Below, piece after piece: positions 47,201 through 56,159 of a stretch of DNA of 64,000 nt. The position numbers and the translations under genes were made by a program. Origin of the DNA: Rhodobacteraceae bacterium HLUCCO18 (GTDB taxonomy: Bacteria; Pseudomonadota; Alphaproteobacteria; Rhodobacterales; Rhodobacteraceae); the NCBI GenBank assembly GCA_001314805.1, contig LJSY01000020.1, positions 498 through 64,497 on the forward strand, in the 5' to 3' direction. How positions within the stretch are numbered: position 1 is the first letter of the stretch; the number at the start of each line of letters is the position of its first letter. A model generated the notes under the pieces. The model did not search any database. It saw only the letters and a program-made list of their open reading frames with translations, and was not told where the DNA came from.

Positions 47201-48312
47201 CCTTTTCCATCCATATCGGGCCGAACATCCGCACCTCGCCCTTCTTCGAAGCGACGGTCGCGGACGGGGTGCGCTCCTTCTCGGTCTACAACCACATGGC
47301 CATTCCCGGCCATTTCGGCGACCCCGAGGCCGAGTATGACCGGCTGCTCAATGGCGTGGCGATGTGGGACGTGGCAGCCCAACGGCAGGTGCAGCTCGAC
47401 GGACCGGACGCGATGGCGCTGGCGCAGCTGCTGACGCCGCGACACCTCGCCGGAACGAAGCCCGGGCAAGGCCGCTACGTGCCGATCTGCGATCATGACG
47501 GCTGGCTGATCAATGACCCCGTGCTGCTGCCCTTGTCCCGGGGTTGCGTCTGGCTTTCCATCGCCGACAGCGACATCGCGCTCTGGGCGGGCGCCATCGC
47601 GCGGGAGCGGGGGCTGGACGTCGCCGTGAGCGAACCGGACGTGTCGCCGCTCGCCATACAGGGGCCGCGCGCAATGGATGTCGCCGCGGCGCTGATCGGG
47701 GATTGGGCGCGGGAGTTGCGCTACTTCCAGTTCCGCGAGACGGACCTGGACGGCATCCCCCTGATCGTGGCGCGGTCGGGCTGGTCGAAACAGGGCGGGG
47801 TCGAGCTTTACCTGCGCGACGGCAGCCGGGGAACGGAGCTTTGGGGCCGCGTCAAGGAGGCCGGCGCGCCCTTCGGCATCGGCCCCGGCGCGCCCAACGA
47901 TATCGAGCGGCTCGAATCGGGCCTGATTTCCTACGGCGCGGACATGCGGCGCCAGAGCCTGCCGGCAAACCCGTTCGAAATGGGCTTCGGGCCGATGATC
48001 GACCTTGCGGCGGGCCACGATTTCATCGGTCGCCCCGCGCTGGAACGGATCGCTTCCGCTGGTCCCACGCGTCGCCGGGTGGGCGTGATCCTCGACGGCG
48101 CGCCCGTGCCCGGCAACGCGCGACCGCTGGAGCTATGCCGCGACGGCGCGGCCATCGGACACGTGAGCGAAATCGCCCATTCGAGGCGGCTGGACCGGAA
48201 TATCGGCGTGGGCCTCGCGCCCGCCCATCTGGCGGAGGACGCGACAGGCCTGTCGGTCAGGCTGCCCGAAGGCGACAGGGCGGCGCGGTTGGCCCCCCTG
48301 CCCTTCATCTAG
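47197..48312 (+). CDS. GcvT-family aminomethyltransferase (DmdA-like)
   Basis: The track ORF starts at 47173; ATG 47197 overlaps the upstream stop (ATGA). The pattern [23 protein letters not shown]...[17 protein letters not shown]...[15 protein letters not shown]...[15 protein letters not shown] resembles the DMSP demethylase/GcvT family as I recall it. Confidence 0.75.
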   Translation: MTFSIHIGPNIRTSPFFEATVADGVRSFSVYNHMAIPGHFGDPEAEYDRLLNGVAMWDVAAQRQVQLDGPDAMALAQLLTPRHLAGTKPGQGRYVPICDHDGWLINDPVLLPLSRGCVWLSIADSDIALWAGAIARERGLDVAVSEPDVSPLAIQGPRAMDVAAALIGDWARELRYFQFRETDLDGIPLIVARSGWSKQGGVELYLRDGSRGTELWGRVKEAGAPFGIGPGAPNDIERLESGLISYGADMRRQSLPANPFEMGFGPMIDLAAGHDFIGRPALERIASAGPTRRRVGVILDGAPVPGNARPLELCRDGAAIGHVSEIAHSRRLDRNIGVGLAPAHLAEDATGLSVRLPEGDRAARLAPLPFI

Positions 48313-48318
48313 AACGGC

Positions 48319-49563
48319 TCAGGCCGCCTTTTGCGCGCGGCGCTGAGGACGGCGGCGGCGCGGACGACCGGCAGCCGGTTTGGCGTCGCCCGACGGCCTG
48401 CCACCACGGCCCTTGCGGGGCGCGTCCATACGCTCCCACGGCTCGCCATGGCCCACGGGGATGGTCAGGCCCGTCACCTTCTGGATATCGCGCAACTCGC
48501 CCATCTCCTCGGGCGTGCAGAATGCGATGGCGGCCCCGTCGGCCCCGGCGCGCGCCGTCCGGCCGATCCGGTGGACATAGGTCTCGGGCACGTTCGGCAG
48601 GTCGAAATTGTAGACATGCTTCACGTCGGGAATGTCGATGCCCCGCGCGGCGACATCCGTGGCAACCAGCACGCGCACATCCCCATCCTTGAAGCCGCGA
48701 ATCGCGCGGTCGCGTTGGCCCTGGCTCTTGTTGCCGTGGATCGAAGCGACGGCGAAGCCCTCGGACGCGAGCTTTTTCGCCAGCTTCTCGGACCCGTGCT
48801 TGGTGCGGCCGAAGACGATGGCCCGCTCGTCGCGATGGGTGTCCAGAAGGTCGATCAGACGGGTGATCTTCTCGTCCTTGGTGACGAAATGCACCGACTG
48901 CACGATGCGATCGACCGCGCGGCCGGGGGGCGACACCTCGATCCGCAGAGGATCGCTGAGGAAGCTGGCGGCGAGGCTTTCCATCTGCTTGGGCATCGTG
49001 GCCGAGAACAGCATGGTGCGCCGTTCCCTCGGCAGGGCCGCGGCGATGCGGCGAAGCGCGTGGATGAAGCCCAGGTCGAGCATCTGGTCGGCCTCGTCCA
49101 GCACCAGCTGGTGCGTCTGCGACAGGTCGACCGCGCGGCGTTCCATCAGGTCCATCAGGCGGCCCGGCGTGGCCACGACGAGGTCGGCACCGCGCGCCAG
49201 CCGTCCGGCCTGCGCGCTGACGGAAGCGCCGCCCACGACGAGCACGACCGACAGCTTGCGGGGACCGCGCAGCGGCTCCAGCGCGGCCACGATCTGTTTG
49301 GCCAGCTCCCGCGTGGGGGCAAGGATCAGGCCGCGCGCGGCTTTCGGGGCCGGGCGGCCCGAAGTCTCGCCCAGCGCGAGCATCAGGGGCACGCCGAAGG
49401 CCACGGTCTTGCCGGTGCCGGTCTGGGCAAGGCCCAGCACGTCGCGCCCGTCCATCGCTGCGGGGATCGCGCGGATCTGGATCGGCGTCGGCGCGGTCAG
49501 GCCGGCCTCTGTCAGGCGCGCGACCATGTCGGCGGGCACGCCCAGGGAATTGAAGTCTTTCAT
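48319..49563 (-). CDS. DEAD-box ATP-dependent RNA helicase (RhlE-like)
   Basis: The track ORF ends at 49677; ATG 49563 (MKDFNSLGV...) has AAAGGA upstream. It has the Q motif, AQTGTGKT, DEAD (VLDEADQML), SAT and HRIGRTARAG, plus a basic C-terminal tail. Confidence 0.9.
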   Translation of the reverse strand: MKDFNSLGVPADMVARLTEAGLTAPTPIQIRAIPAAMDGRDVLGLAQTGTGKTVAFGVPLMLALGETSGRPAPKAARGLILAPTRELAKQIVAALEPLRGPRKLSVVLVVGGASVSAQAGRLARGADLVVATPGRLMDLMERRAVDLSQTHQLVLDEADQMLDLGFIHALRRIAAALPRERRTMLFSATMPKQMESLAASFLSDPLRIEVSPPGRAVDRIVQSVHFVTKDEKITRLIDLLDTHRDERAIVFGRTKHGSEKLAKKLASEGFAVASIHGNKSQGQRDRAIRGFKDGDVRVLVATDVAARGIDIPDVKHVYNFDLPNVPETYVHRIGRTARAGADGAAIAFCTPEEMGELRDIQKVTGLTIPVGHGEPWERMDAPRKGRGGRPSGDAKPAAGRPRRRRPQRRAQKAA

Positions 49564-49900
49564 CTTGTCCTTTCGGGCCGCACCGGAACCCGGGCGACCG
49601 AATATGCGCCCCACCGGGGATCGGCAGGACAGGCGGGGGCCGGACCGGGGGCGCAGCATCGCTTGCGCGCGCCCCAAGGCGACCGTTCTCCCCTCGCGTG
49701 ATGTCGGGAAATCTGAAGGCTTCGCGCGTCAGCGGCCACCGGGATTTACAACCGGGGGGCCACGCCTGCTCACGCGGCAGGGCGCGCGATGCCTCCGGCG
49801 TACCTAGTCGTTCGGCGCGCCCCGGTCAATGGCCGCGATTGGCTGGGGTCAGATCGCTCGTCACGTTCCGGTCCGATGCACGGCCTCTTCCCGCAACGCG

Positions 49901-49928
49901 AAAGGGGCGACGCCATCGCGCCGCCCCC
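49901..49928 (-). terminator. Stem-loop after phoX
   Basis: GGGGCG...CGCCCC stem followed on the minus strand by TTTCGCGTT, about 25 nt downstream of the phoX stop. Confidence 0.45.
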
Positions 49929-49950
49929 TCCCTACCAGTCCGCGCCAGGC

Positions 49951-51885
49951 TCAGCCCACGAGGCCGCCATCGTCGCGCTTGATCGCGATGACCGCCGAGC
50001 GCGCCAGCGCGCCGCCGTGATCCGGCCAGTCGCCGCCGTCGTCGCCGGGGTGCTGGATGCCCACGAACATCGTGCGGCGGTCCGACGACCAGGTCAGACC
50101 CGTCACCTCGCAGCCCCTCGGGCCGGTGAGGAAACGGCGGATCTCGCCGGTCTCGGGGTCGCCCGCGAGCATCTGGTTGTTGCCCATGCCCGCGAAGTCG
50201 CCCTCGTTGCCGTCGTTGCCGTCGGTCTGGATCCAGATCAGGCCAGTGGTGTCGATCACCATTCCGTCGGGCGAGTTGAACATGTTGCCCTCGTTGATGT
50301 TCGACGAGCCGGCATAGGCGTCGTCATGCACGGTCGGGTTGCCGGCCATCACGTAGAGGTCCCACGCGAAGGTGGTCGCCCCGTGGTCGCCGCCCTCGGG
50401 CCGCCAGCGCACGATCTGACCGTAGTTGTTCAGCTCGCGCGGATTGGGCCCGTTGGGGATCATCGGCTCGCCGCCGGCATTGGTCCGGATGCTGCCGTCC
50501 TCGTTGATCAGCCCGCGGCGCGAGTTGTTGGTGAGGCAGCAATAGGCTTCGGGTGCGGTCGGGTTGACCGCGACCCATTCGGGCCGGTCCATCGTGGTGG
50601 CGTTGACGGCAGAGCCCGCCATCCGGGTGAAGACGGCGATCTCGGCCGCGCTCATGCCGGTGGTGCCGGGGGTGAGCGGGACCCACTCGCCCGAGAGGTC
50701 GTCGTTGAACACGGCCACGTGGAGCGTGCCGTCGACCATCAGGCGGGAGGTGTCGCCACCTTCCACGTAAGGCTCGGCGCTGACCCACTTGTACATGTAC
50801 TCGCCACGCTCGTCGTCGCCCATGTAGACCACGAAGCGGCCGTCATTGGCGATGGCGTAAGCGGCGTTCTCGTGCTTGAAGCGGCCGAGCGCGGTGTGCT
50901 TGACGGGCGTGGCATCCGGGTTCGCCGGGTCGATTTCCACGATGTAGCCGGCGCGGTGCGGCTCGTTCGGGTGCTTGGACGTGTCCCAGCGCTCGTCCCA
51001 CTTGTGGTAGTCGTAGCCCCAGCCGTCGACGCCGATGCCATAGCGCTGGAAGCCGACGCTGACGTCGAGCGGCTTCTGGTCCTGCGCGGTTTCGGTCGAG
51101 CCGAAATAGCCGTTGAAGTTTTCCTCGCAGGTCAGGTAGGTGCCCCAAGGGGTCCGGCCGGAGCCGCAGTTGTTCATCGTGCCGAGCGAGGTCATCCCCG
51201 TCGGATCGGCGGCGGTCTTCAGCAGGTCGTGACCGGCGGCGGGGCCGGAGAAGGTCATCTCGGTATTGTGGTGGATGCGGCGGTTGTAGGGGCTGTCGAC
51301 CACGATTTCCCAGCCGTTCTCGCCTTCCGCGATCTCCAGGATGTTCACGCCCTGCAGGTGCTGCAGGATGCGCACGTCGTCGAGACCCGTCGGCACGCCG
51401 TTCTCGGCATGGGGCAGGTTCACGCGGCGGTTGGTGTATTCGGAGTTCACGACGAGGATCTCGCGACCGTCGATATTATAGAGCTCCATGCCGTCGGTGT
51501 TCTCGCCGAAGACCTTGTCGGACATGTCGACCGAAACGCCGCTCGCCGGGTCCCAGGCGCCTTCGGCCTCGGGCTTCAGCGCGTCGCCCCAGCGGACGAG
51601 CACCTTCCAGCTGTAGCCTTCCGGCACGTGCACCGTGTTGTCGGTCGCGATCGGGATCGCCTCGAAGGGGAAGCGCGAGCCGGCCTGCGCCATGGCGGTG
51701 GAGCCCTTCAGGAAGGACGTTCCCATGACCGCCGCGCCGGACCCGAAGGCCAGCACGCCGCCCATGAACCCGCGACGCGAGATCGCGCGCTCGACCACGC
51801 GGTCGAATTCCTGAACTTCGGGGCGCGGAAAATTGAGCTCGTCCCAATCGTCCGCGGACATCTTGGTGGTGTCGACATCTTTCAT
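49951..51885 (-). CDS. phoX: PhoX-family alkaline phosphatase (Tat-exported)
   Basis: The track ORF 49951..52749 is over-extended. ATG 51885 has AGGGAG upstream. It has the twin-arginine signal SRRGFMGGVLAFGSGAAV, then a beta-propeller-like body with GENTDGMEL, NNCGSGRTPWGTYLTCEEN and RFKHENA. Confidence 0.85.
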   Translation of the reverse strand: MKDVDTTKMSADDWDELNFPRPEVQEFDRVVERAISRRGFMGGVLAFGSGAAVMGTSFLKGSTAMAQAGSRFPFEAIPIATDNTVHVPEGYSWKVLVRWGDALKPEAEGAWDPASGVSVDMSDKVFGENTDGMELYNIDGREILVVNSEYTNRRVNLPHAENGVPTGLDDVRILQHLQGVNILEIAEGENGWEIVVDSPYNRRIHHNTEMTFSGPAAGHDLLKTAADPTGMTSLGTMNNCGSGRTPWGTYLTCEENFNGYFGSTETAQDQKPLDVSVGFQRYGIGVDGWGYDYHKWDERWDTSKHPNEPHRAGYIVEIDPANPDATPVKHTALGRFKHENAAYAIANDGRFVVYMGDDERGEYMYKWVSAEPYVEGGDTSRLMVDGTLHVAVFNDDLSGEWVPLTPGTTGMSAAEIAVFTRMAGSAVNATTMDRPEWVAVNPTAPEAYCCLTNNSRRGLINEDGSIRTNAGGEPMIPNGPNPRELNNYGQIVRWRPEGGDHGATTFAWDLYVMAGNPTVHDDAYAGSSNINEGNMFNSPDGMVIDTTGLIWIQTDGNDGNEGDFAGMGNNQMLAGDPETGEIRRFLTGPRGCEVTGLTWSSDRRTMFVGIQHPGDDGGDWPDHGGALARSAVIAIKRDDGGLVG

Positions 51886-52010
51886 GTCGTGACTCCCTGG
51901 ATACCTGAGGTGGATCGCTACGGCGCGCGTGGCCGACCCGGCCCGCGCGCCGCACGAGAGCGAGATATCCGCCATACACAACAGTGGCGTGACGGGAGGA
52001 CGAAATGATC

Positions 52011-52994
52011 CTAACGAACCGATAGGACAATCTTGCCGATATGGGCCGAGCTCTCCATCCGCGCATGGGCGCCGGCGGCGTCTTCCAGCGCAAAGACCTG
52101 GTCCATCACGGGCGAGACCCGTCCCGCATCCAGAAGCGGCCAGACATCGGTCCGGAGCGCCTCGGCGATATCGGCCTTGGCCGCATCGGATTGCGGTCGC
52201 AGGGTCGAGCCCGTGATCGTCAGGCGCCGCATCATGACCTGGGCGAAGTTCAACTCCACCTTCGGCCCCTGAAGAAAGGCGATCTGCACGAGACGCCCAT
52301 CGTCTGCCAGCGCCTTGACGTTGCGCGGCAGGTAGGGCCCACCGACCATGTCGAGGATCAGGTTCGCCCCGCCCTCGGCGCGCAGGATCTCGACGAAATC
52401 CGCCTCGCGGTAATTGATCGCCCGTTCCGCGCCCAGCGCCTCGCAGGCGGCGCATTTCTCGGCCGAGCCCGCCGTCGCGAAGACCCGTGCCCCGAAATGG
52501 CGCGCCAGCTGGATCGCGGTGGTGCCGATCCCCGACGAGCCGCCATGGACGAGGAACCGCTCGCCCGCGCGCAGACCGCCGCGCATGAAGACGTTGGTCC
52601 AGACGGTGAAGAACGTCTCGCAAAGCGCCGCCGCTTCGGCCATTGCCATGCCCTGCGGCACGGGCAGCGCGTGATCCTGATGGGTGAGCGCGTATTCCGC
52701 GTAGCCGCCGCCGGGCAGGAGGGCCGTGACGGCGTCCCCTTCCTTCCACCGCGACACACCGGGGCCGACCTTCGCCACCACGCCCGCGGCCTCGAGCCCG
52801 GGCAGATCGGAGGCGCCGGGCGGCGGCGCGTAACTGCCGGCGCGCTGCAGGGCGTCGGGTCGGTTCACCCCGGCATGATCGATGGCGATCAGGATCTGCC
52901 CGGCCATGGGCTCGGGCACCGGGCGCGTCGTGGGCGCCAGGACCTTGGGGCCTCCCGGCTCGGAAATCTCGATGGCGCGCATGGTTGCGGACAT
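52011..52994 (-). CDS. NAD(P)H:quinone oxidoreductase, zinc-independent MDR family (PIG3/Qor-like)
   Basis: The track ORF is over-extended. ATG 52994 (MSATMRAIEI...) has AGGGAG upstream. It contains GVNRPD, LVHGGSSGIGTTAIQLA and the ending ...GKIVLSV. Confidence 0.85.
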   Translation of the reverse strand: MSATMRAIEISEPGGPKVLAPTTRPVPEPMAGQILIAIDHAGVNRPDALQRAGSYAPPPGASDLPGLEAAGVVAKVGPGVSRWKEGDAVTALLPGGGYAEYALTHQDHALPVPQGMAMAEAAALCETFFTVWTNVFMRGGLRAGERFLVHGGSSGIGTTAIQLARHFGARVFATAGSAEKCAACEALGAERAINYREADFVEILRAEGGANLILDMVGGPYLPRNVKALADDGRLVQIAFLQGPKVELNFAQVMMRRLTITGSTLRPQSDAAKADIAEALRTDVWPLLDAGRVSPVMDQVFALEDAAGAHARMESSAHIGKIVLSVR

Positions 52995-53086
52995 GGCGGG
53001 CTCCCTCTTCTGCCGTTCGGGATCAGGCTTGCCGCGTCCGGGTGCCGGCGGCAAGGCCCGCGACGGAAATCGCGCCCCCTCGTGGC

Positions 53087-53767
53087 TCAGGCGCGCCAGC
53101 GCCCCGGCAGGTCCGAGCGCGGCGATGCGGAGGGCGCGCGCACCTGCTTGGCCAGCCAGTCGGGCCCTGCCATGAGGCGCCCGAGCACACGGTTCTCCCG
53201 CACCTGCTTCTTCAGCGTCTCGAAGCGCATCACGTCCTCGATGCGCCGATCCAGAAAGGACCATGTCGCCGCGTGCTCCGGCGACTGATCGCCCAGCCAG
53301 TAGAGCAGCGTGGCCGAATAGACGCCCGACAGCGTCGCACGCTTGGTGTACCAGTTCAGATCGTCCGACCTGTCGCCCAGCGCGGTCCAGATCGTGTCGG
53401 CCGTCTCCCACAATGCGCGCGCGCCATCGGCCGCGTAGACCGGCAGCGCGAAAAGCGTCGCGCCGCGGCGCACGGCCTCCTTGTGCGGCTCCACCAGCTC
53501 GAGCCGGAGCCTCACCGCATGGGCCACCCGGTCGCGAAAGCGCAGCGCGCCAAGGTCTTCGCCTTCCAGCGCAAGGGCCAGTTGCATGTCGCCACGATGG
53601 TGGAAGGCCAGCGCCAGATCGACCGCGCCGCGCGGGAAAAGCGCCTTTGCCTCGGTCAATGGCACATCAGCGTCCGACGCGGCACTGCGGAACGTCAGCT
53701 CCGACCAGCCGTCGAAGGGCACATGCATCAGCGCGGCATCCAGTAAGCGATCGGCGGTCTCGGTCAT
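53087..53767 (-). CDS. COQ9-family protein (the 'rpsU-divergently transcribed protein' of alphaproteobacteria)
   Basis: 226 aa, helical, positioned head-to-head with rpsU. That position defines this family in alphaproteobacteria. The call is by recall of synteny and size only. Confidence 0.65.
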   Translation of the reverse strand: MTETADRLLDAALMHVPFDGWSELTFRSAASDADVPLTEAKALFPRGAVDLALAFHHRGDMQLALALEGEDLGALRFRDRVAHAVRLRLELVEPHKEAVRRGATLFALPVYAADGARALWETADTIWTALGDRSDDLNWYTKRATLSGVYSATLLYWLGDQSPEHAATWSFLDRRIEDVMRFETLKKQVRENRVLGRLMAGPDWLAKQVRAPSASPRSDLPGRWRA

Positions 53768-53883
53768 GGCACGCTCCCAAGGGGTCGTTGTTTCGGTTGC
53801 TGGACAAGCTAGGGGCGCTTTGCTATAGCGCGACCTCCTGCTTTGATATCCAACTCAAACCTAGAAAGGTGGTGACACCCACT

Positions 53884-54090
53884 ATGCAGGTCAGTGTTCG
53901 CGACAACAATGTCGATCAGGCGCTCCGCGCGTTGAAGAAGAAACTTCAGCGCGAAGGCGTTTTTCGTGAGATGAAGCTCAAGCAGCATTACGAAAAGCCG
54001 TCGGAGAAGAAGGCGCGTGAAAAGGCCGAGGCCATTCGCCGTGCCCGCAAGCTGGCGCGCAAGAAAGCGCAGCGCGAAGGTCTTCTCTGA
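53884..54090 (+). CDS. rpsU: 30S ribosomal protein S21
   Basis: 68 aa: [68 protein letters not shown]. Confidence 0.95.
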   Translation: MQVSVRDNNVDQALRALKKKLQREGVFREMKLKQHYEKPSEKKAREKAEAIRRARKLARKKAQREGLL

Positions 54091-54160
54091 AGGCTCCCGT
54101 CGACAAGCGAGCCTGAGGCAGCGCTCCACAGTGTGGAATCGGCCGCCAAGGTGAACGGAC

Positions 54161-54194
54161 AACCCCCGTGGCCAGGCCCCGGGGGTTTTCTTTT
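54161..54194 (+). terminator. Rho-independent terminator of rpsU
   Basis: 8-bp stem AACCCCCG/CGGGGGTT with an 11-nt loop, followed by TTTTCTTTTG. Confidence 0.7.
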
Positions 54195-54211
54195 GCTCGC
54201 AAGGCCGAGTG

Positions 54212-54868
54212 TCAGTTCGCGGCTTCGGACGCGCGTTCCATACTCGCGGCGGCGGCGGCCTGCGCGTTCAGGAGTTCGTAATTGTCGTCGGAATCGTCAT
54301 CGTAGACGAGGCTTTCCCGCACGCCGGGGATGGTAGCAAATTGCGTCATCGTCCGCGTGGGAAAGAGGTTGCGCGACATCCCGTCGAAGCCGGGAACCTG
54401 CATCAGCACCGAAGAAACCGCTGTCGAGCATTGCGCCCGCGGAACCGGACCATAGGCTTCGACCAGTTCGATCAGCGCCGCGGCCTGACCCGCCGTTACA
54501 TCCAGTTCCTGCACGACGACGTGGTAGGTCTCGCGTGCGTGGTAATCGATGTAGAAATCGTAAAGCTGCGGCGACATGCCGTAAAGGACATCGTTGCGCT
54601 CGGGCGCCATCGGGTGGCGCCAGCTGCCCGCCGGGTCGAACAGCACACGCTCGGGACCGTCGATGAGCAGAGCGCTGTGCCCGCCGGACCCGTTGCGGTT
54701 CGAGATCATCGTCAGAAGCTGGATCTTCGCAGGACCGGACGGCACGTAGCGCGCCTGGGACACCACGTCATCGGGGGCCCAGACAGAGTCGGCCGCGCAG
54801 GCCGTGAGGCTCAGAACCAGCGCCAGGGCGACAAGGGGCCTGTAAGGTCCACGGACGGGCGCACGCAT
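54212..54868 (-). CDS. Hypothetical lipoprotein
   Basis: 218 aa with a signal peptide and lipobox (LVLSLTAC). No family was recognised. Confidence 0.6.
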   Translation of the reverse strand: MRAPVRGPYRPLVALALVLSLTACAADSVWAPDDVVSQARYVPSGPAKIQLLTMISNRNGSGGHSALLIDGPERVLFDPAGSWRHPMAPERNDVLYGMSPQLYDFYIDYHARETYHVVVQELDVTAGQAAALIELVEAYGPVPRAQCSTAVSSVLMQVPGFDGMSRNLFPTRTMTQFATIPGVRESLVYDDDSDDNYELLNAQAAAAASMERASEAAN

Positions 54869-54880
54869 CCGAATGGTCCG

Positions 54881-55021
54881 TCAGACGGCGAAGATCGCGA
54901 GGAAGATGATGATGGCAATGCAGACGATCGCGATGTTCGTGCTCAGGCGAATGAAGCCATTGAACGTCTTCTCCTGATCGGTGATGTCCATCTCGCCACG
55001 CTTGTGATCTTTCTCGGCCAT
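54881..55021 (-). CDS. aa3-type cytochrome c oxidase subunit IV-like small membrane protein
   Basis: 46-aa ORF absent from the track: MAEKDHKRGEMDITDQEKTFNGFIRLSTNIAIVCIAIIIFLAIFAV. GGAGGA lies 6-12 nt upstream. The pattern HK.GEMDI..QEKTF.GF plus one TM helix matches the bacterial COX4 (prokaryotic type 2) family as I recall it. Confidence 0.65.
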   Translation of the reverse strand: MAEKDHKRGEMDITDQEKTFNGFIRLSTNIAIVCIAIIIFLAIFAV

Positions 55022-55118
55022 GAAGCCGGTCCTCCGGAATACCTGTCTGCGCCATGTCCGTTACCGGATTTGTCCATGCCTGTCAGCCCTGCGCGCGTGC
55101 GGCGGGTGCGGCGCAGTG

Positions 55119-56159
55119 TCAGGGGTGTTGCCGATCTGCGGCAAGCGACCAGATCCACGCGCCGTCCGCCCGCCGCTCCCGGATCACTTCGCCCAGCGCC
55201 AGAAGGTGGTTGAGATGCGCCACGGCCTCGACCAACGCCAGTCCGTAGGTGCCTGCGTCGATCTCGCGCTTGTAGAGCGGCGCGAAGCAATCCGCCGCGG
55301 TGCGCGAACCCGCGCGCAGGTGATCGCGCAGACGGTTCAGGGCGCCTTCGTGGTTGTCGATCATCTGCCGCAGGCGGTCGGGCAAACCGGTGAAGGGCAG
55401 CTTGTGGCCGGGCAGGACCAGTTGGGCCTCGGTTGCAAAGGGCTGCAGCTTGCGGCAGGCCGCGATCCATTCGGCCACGGGATCGGCGCCGGGTTCGGTG
55501 GCATAGACGCCGAGATTGGGCGAGATCGACGGCAGAAGCTGATCGCCGCCAAGCACGATTTCACCGTCTTCGGACCAGAGCGTCGCGTGATCGGGCGCGT
55601 GCCCGTGCCCGAAACGCACGATCCAGTCGCGCCCGCCCAGCCTCAGGCGCTGCCCCTCCTCGATCCGGGTGAAACCCAGCGGCATGGGCGCGACCACGTC
55701 GGCGAAATTGAACGGCCGTTCGGTGCGTCGCGCCTCCAGGATCTCGGGCGCCATGCCGGCACTGCTCCAGAACGCGATCTGCTCAGGCGTCGCTGTCTCC
55801 TGAACGTCGAGCGTCAGCATCCGCGCGAACAGCCACGCGGTGCGCGTCATCAGCAGTTCCGCGCCCTGCGACTGGAACCAGCCCGCAAGACCGACATGGT
55901 CGGGATGGTGATGGGTGACGAGGACGCGTGCGACCGGCCTGCCCGCCAACGGACCGGCCAGCGCCGCCTCCCACGCGGCGCGGCACGGCTTCGCGTCGAG
56001 CCCCGTGTCGACGATCGTCCAGCCATCCGCATCGGCCAGCGCGTAGACATTCACGTGGTCCAGCGCCATCGGCAGCGGCAGCCGCATCCACAGCAGCCCG
56101 GGCGCGACCTCGATCGCCGCGCCGGGCGCGGGGGCGGTTTCGTAAGGATACCCGATCAC
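55119..56159 (-). CDS. MBL-fold metallo-hydrolase
   Basis: 346 aa with the HxHxDH motif (THHHPDHVG), downstream His/Asp ligands (GHGHAPDH) and a C-terminal winged-helix-like extension. Confidence 0.85.
   Translation of the reverse strand: MIGYPYETAPAPGAAIEVAPGLLWMRLPLPMALDHVNVYALADADGWTIVDTGLDAKPCRAAWEAALAGPLAGRPVARVLVTHHHPDHVGLAGWFQSQGAELLMTRTAWLFARMLTLDVQETATPEQIAFWSSAGMAPEILEARRTERPFNFADVVAPMPLGFTRIEEGQRLRLGGRDWIVRFGHGHAPDHATLWSEDGEIVLGGDQLLPSISPNLGVYATEPGADPVAEWIAACRKLQPFATEAQLVLPGHKLPFTGLPDRLRQMIDNHEGALNRLRDHLRAGSRTAADCFAPLYKREIDAGTYGLALVEAVAHLNHLLALGEVIRERRADGAWIWSLAADRQHP

Noticed and set aside
47197-48312. Firm annotation as DMSP demethylase dmdA
   Set aside because: The resemblance to DmdA rests on recalled sequence patterns. 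GcvT-family paralogues in roseobacters are numerous and cannot be separated without phylogeny, so I kept it as DmdA-like.
49789-52008. 739-aa plus-strand ORF
   Set aside because: It is antisense to phoX, which has a Tat signal and conserved PhoX motifs. The composition is low-complexity R/G/A/V/H, so it is a shadow ORF.
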